DNA of 64,000 nucleotides from Candidatus Aenigmatarchaeota archaeon. Its GTDB lineage: Archaea; Aenigmatarchaeota; Aenigmatarchaeia; QMZP01; QMZT01. The notes under the pieces were generated by a model. It saw only the letters and a program-made list of their open reading frames with translations. It was not told the DNA's origin and searched no databases. The translations under genes and the position numbers were made by a program. Positions 61,859-64,000 of this stretch are shown here, one piece after another. Each line of letters opens with the position of its first letter. Position 1 is the stretch's first letter. Location: positions 132,183 to 196,182 of the forward strand of contig JAFGCI010000001.1 in NCBI GenBank assembly GCA_016932735.1, in the 5' to 3' direction.

Positions 61859-62918
61859 CCTTTTTCAGGCCTTCGATTTTCATCTTTAGCTCAATTATCT
61901 TTCTCTCATAATCGTCTGCGAGTTTCTTGAAATTTTCTTCTGTTATCTCATTTTTATAGAATTTCTTTTCGGCCATGTCCCTTGCCATGCGAAGCTTTTC
62001 AATATCGAATTGCAGGTTTTTTATTGTAGCTTCTGTGTCTTTTTCATCGGGCTTAATATTTGATTTGAGATTGCTTATTTCCTTGATAAGCTTTTGTTTG
62101 TTCTTTATGCTCTTCAATTCCAGAGCCTCGAGAGCTTCTTCAATATCGGTCTGCGTCTCCTCCCTTTCGAGCTGTATTTCGGTTTCCCTTCTTATCCTTT
62201 CATTCTCCATCTCGGAAATGGCAGCCTCCCTGTCAAGTTCCCTTGAAGACACTTCCTCCGCCTTCTTGAGCTTCCGGGATATGATGGCATCTGCATCAGC
62301 TTTCTGCATCTCGCTGCCAACCTTTTCTATTTCCTGCTGGTTCTCATAAGAAAACGCGGGATTGAAGACCAGCGAAAGGAGTGTAATACCTATACTCCTT
62401 AAAGAATCTCCCATTTTTCGGAAGGCCTCGCTTTCAATTGTTTTCTGTACATCCGGAATGTCCGACAGGCCGATAAGAGAGCGTTTCGATACGACGGGAC
62501 CTATAACCTTTGATACCAGTTCCTCCTTTATATCTGACCATAAATCTTCCAGAAGAACGGCATTTCTGGTCCGCATGAAATGACCCATGAATGAATTGAA
62601 GCCTGTTATCTGAAGCTTTATCACGACGGTGGCGTGTATCATGTTCTTATCATTCGTCCATAGATCGACGACTGGCCTCTGCATTCTTTTTTCTGATTTG
62701 TCGAACAAAATCACATTTACCTGCCCCTTTCCCAGCAATCCGCCTATTTTGCAGTTCCTGTTTTCGGCTTCCTCTATTATGTTCCCGTCTTTTTCAATGA
62801 AAGCGTGTTCATGCTCCCCTATGTGTATTTTCTTTAAAAAGAAGCCTCTGACCTCATGATTGCTGAGCCTCTGGGCAATAACAGAATCGGAGCGTACCCA
62901 TTTCATTGTTTTCCCCAT
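61851..62918 (-). CDS. SPFH/Band-7-like domain protein with a long C-terminal coiled coil.
   Basis: 355 aa. The middle region (IESEAFRKMGDSLRSIGITLLSLVFN) resembles the SPFH core. The C-terminal 150 aa are a heptad-rich coiled coil of E/K/R residues. No N-terminal TM. It converges on the deacylase gene with an 8 nt overlap. Confidence 0.5.
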   Translation of the reverse strand: MGKTMKWVRSDSVIAQRLSNHEVRGFFLKKIHIGEHEHAFIEKDGNIIEEAENRNCKIGGLLGKGQVNVILFDKSEKRMQRPVVDLWTNDKNMIHATVVIKLQITGFNSFMGHFMRTRNAVLLEDLWSDIKEELVSKVIGPVVSKRSLIGLSDIPDVQKTIESEAFRKMGDSLRSIGITLLSLVFNPAFSYENQQEIEKVGSEMQKADADAIISRKLKKAEEVSSRELDREAAISEMENERIRRETEIQLEREETQTDIEEALEALELKSIKNKQKLIKEISNLKSNIKPDEKDTEATIKNLQFDIEKLRMARDMAEKKFYKNEITEENFKKLADDYERKIIELKMKIEGLKKAN

Positions 62919-63242
62919 TAAATATTTGCTTTAGATAGTTAATAAAAACAGTTAATATTGCAAATAAATAAGAATTCTGATAGCGGCATAATCAGAATTA
63001 TTGTTTATTGCATTATAGTAAATAATGATGAAAATAGAATTTAACACGTTGTAGTATCTCATTTATTCAAAACCAGATACCTCTGTTAAAGAATTATTTT
63101 CTGGAACAAAGGGAGTTTAAAAAGATTATCATTAATCTTCTATCAATTTCGTTCGTAAGAGCCATTAGTATCTCTAATGTCTCTGACGATTAAAATGTTT
63201 AAAGAATATATAAAAGGAGATTAAAGAGGGAGGTGTTATAGA

Positions 63243-64000
63243 ATGACACAAAAATTGACGGCACTGCCCGTACTGCTTTTGCTAGTAGCTTTTTTTGCAG
63301 TTCAGCCAGTACAGGCAGCAAATGGAGACGGCCTCGTTCTTTCGTATAAGCCAAATACGGTTTCTACGGGAACTGATGTCGTTCTTCAGGTTCAGTTCGT
63401 GAATGACGCAACCGACGGTTCGTGTCTTGATGAACTGATAGTCACTCCGCCAGCAACATGGGGAGGACAGGCAACACTCACAAAATATGACAGGTTGCCA
63501 TCTTTACCGGCATGGTCTAACGAAGCAGACTTAACATGCAACGCGCTTCAGACAGACCTTCAGTCAGTAAGGATTGTTCCAACTCATCCGATTTGCTCTG
63601 GAGAGACAGTGAACCTGGAGATTTCCGGTTTAGTCGCTCCTTCTGATTACGAAGTTTCTGAAATAAAGGTTCTGACATCTGATCAAAACGGCGGACCACC
63701 TTCGTGTATCAGGGCGGTAGCAGACACTATGGATGTCTATGTAACACATGCAATAAACCTGAAATTGGAATATTTCCACATAACAAATTTCTCACCGGCA
63801 GGATTCCAGGGTAGAGCATGGGGCGCATGGGCAAGGTTAGACGAGCTTCATCTGGATTCAGATGGCGGCACTCTGACAGTAACCATGGAAACCGGAACAA
63901 CTGATACGGTCATATATGGACCGACCGCACTTGCGGGAGGAGTAGAGACCATATCAATGGATTACACAGGATGGGACCCGTTGAGGAACACAGCAGACCT
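63243..64000 (+). CDS. Secreted hypothetical protein, partial, running off the 3' window edge.
   Basis: A strong SD (aggagattaaagagggaggtg) precedes ATG 63243. The translation MTQKLTALPVLLLLVAFFAVQPVQAANGDG... has a signal peptide with an AxA cleavage site, then a Thr/Ser/Asp-rich beta-type sequence with paired Cys. The frame stays open to position 64000. Confidence 0.55.
   Translation, partial: MTQKLTALPVLLLLVAFFAVQPVQAANGDGLVLSYKPNTVSTGTDVVLQVQFVNDATDGSCLDELIVTPPATWGGQATLTKYDRLPSLPAWSNEADLTCNALQTDLQSVRIVPTHPICSGETVNLEISGLVAPSDYEVSEIKVLTSDQNGGPPSCIRAVADTMDVYVTHAINLKLEYFHITNFSPAGFQGRAWGAWARLDELHLDSDGGTLTVTMETGTTDTVIYGPTALAGGVETISMDYTGWDPLRNTAD

Noticed and set aside
1-64000. Search for tRNA, rRNA, CRISPR arrays, transposases and integrases.
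   Set aside because: No intergenic segment has tRNA-like GTTCRANYC arms or a cloverleaf-sized GC-rich island. There are no regularly spaced short direct repeats with unique spacers. There are no DDE, integrase or Cas-like proteins. The only tandem repeats are the in-frame coding repeats of the giant gene.

Overview
This 64 kb window looks like a stretch of a small-genome archaeal chromosome, probably a DPANN-like, metagenome-type lineage. The hallmarks are archaeal: RpoN, SecE/Sec61-gamma, Spt5, RpoK, Pelota, aSUI1, RNase P Rpp29, ribosomal proteins S4e and L30e, and EF-2. Overall GC is low, Shine-Dalgarno motifs are common, and the genetic code appears standard. All calls below rest on reading the supplied ORF translations and the raw sequence; no searches were run.

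Part 1, content in order:
- A partial minus-strand membrane-anchored ORF at the 5' edge (1..469).
- A giant 3,484-aa secreted, C-terminally anchored protein (714..11168). It carries about 27 Cys/Asp-rich repeats of the form CNGIDDDCDG-IDE, which resemble MopE-like or thrombospondin type-3-like metal/Ca-binding repeats. It also has tandem Ig-like domains and a LamG/concanavalin-type lectin domain.
- An rpoN-secE-spt5-L11 cluster followed by a PAC2-family protein, rpoK, and an enolase-like protein that has lost the enolase catalytic histidine.
- On the minus strand, a second 1,346-aa surface protein packed with N-x-S/T sequons, with a CYTH-domain gene downstream of it.
- An MFS transporter, HisRS, a DedA-family protein, an MBF1-like regulator, a membrane-anchored hypothetical, Pelota, a YjeF_N/NnrE-like protein, an island of orphan small ORFs, an EF-Tu-family paralog with a degenerate G domain, and a PIN-PilT ATPase-KH protein.
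- A GT2-like glycosyltransferase, NAD kinase, a DUF45/YgjP-like metallopeptidase, and glutamine synthetase flanked by two Lrp/AsnC regulators, one of them a tandem-duplicated form.
- A pair made of a GT-A-like protein and an ATP-grasp protein.
- A long ribosomal-protein operon: L4-L23-L2-S19-L22-S3-L29-SUI1-Rpp29-S17-L14-L24-S4e-L5-S14-S8, joined directly to L30e-NusA-S12-S7-EF2.
- An accessory-looking region: a second DedA paralog, two paralogous small ORFs that each carry a conserved upstream motif, and a Kazal-like secreted protein.
- A four-gene amidoligase/hydrolase cluster: a GCS2 (YbdK-type) carboxylate-amine ligase, a circularly permuted ATP-grasp ligase, an amidohydrolase, and an AstE/AspA (M14-like) deacylase.
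- A convergent SPFH-like protein and a partial secreted protein at the 3' edge.

No rRNA, tRNA, CRISPR array or obvious transposase was seen.

Part 2, most interesting candidates:
- The amidoligase cluster. It may be a system for peptide or amide-metabolite synthesis, or for modifying such compounds; no system of this kind has been characterised in a DPANN-like archaeon.
- The GTPase-dead EF-Tu paralog, which sits close to Pelota.
- The duplicated cis-element upstream of the paralogous small ORFs.
- The giant repeat adhesin.
- The degenerate enolase at the conserved rpoK-eno position.
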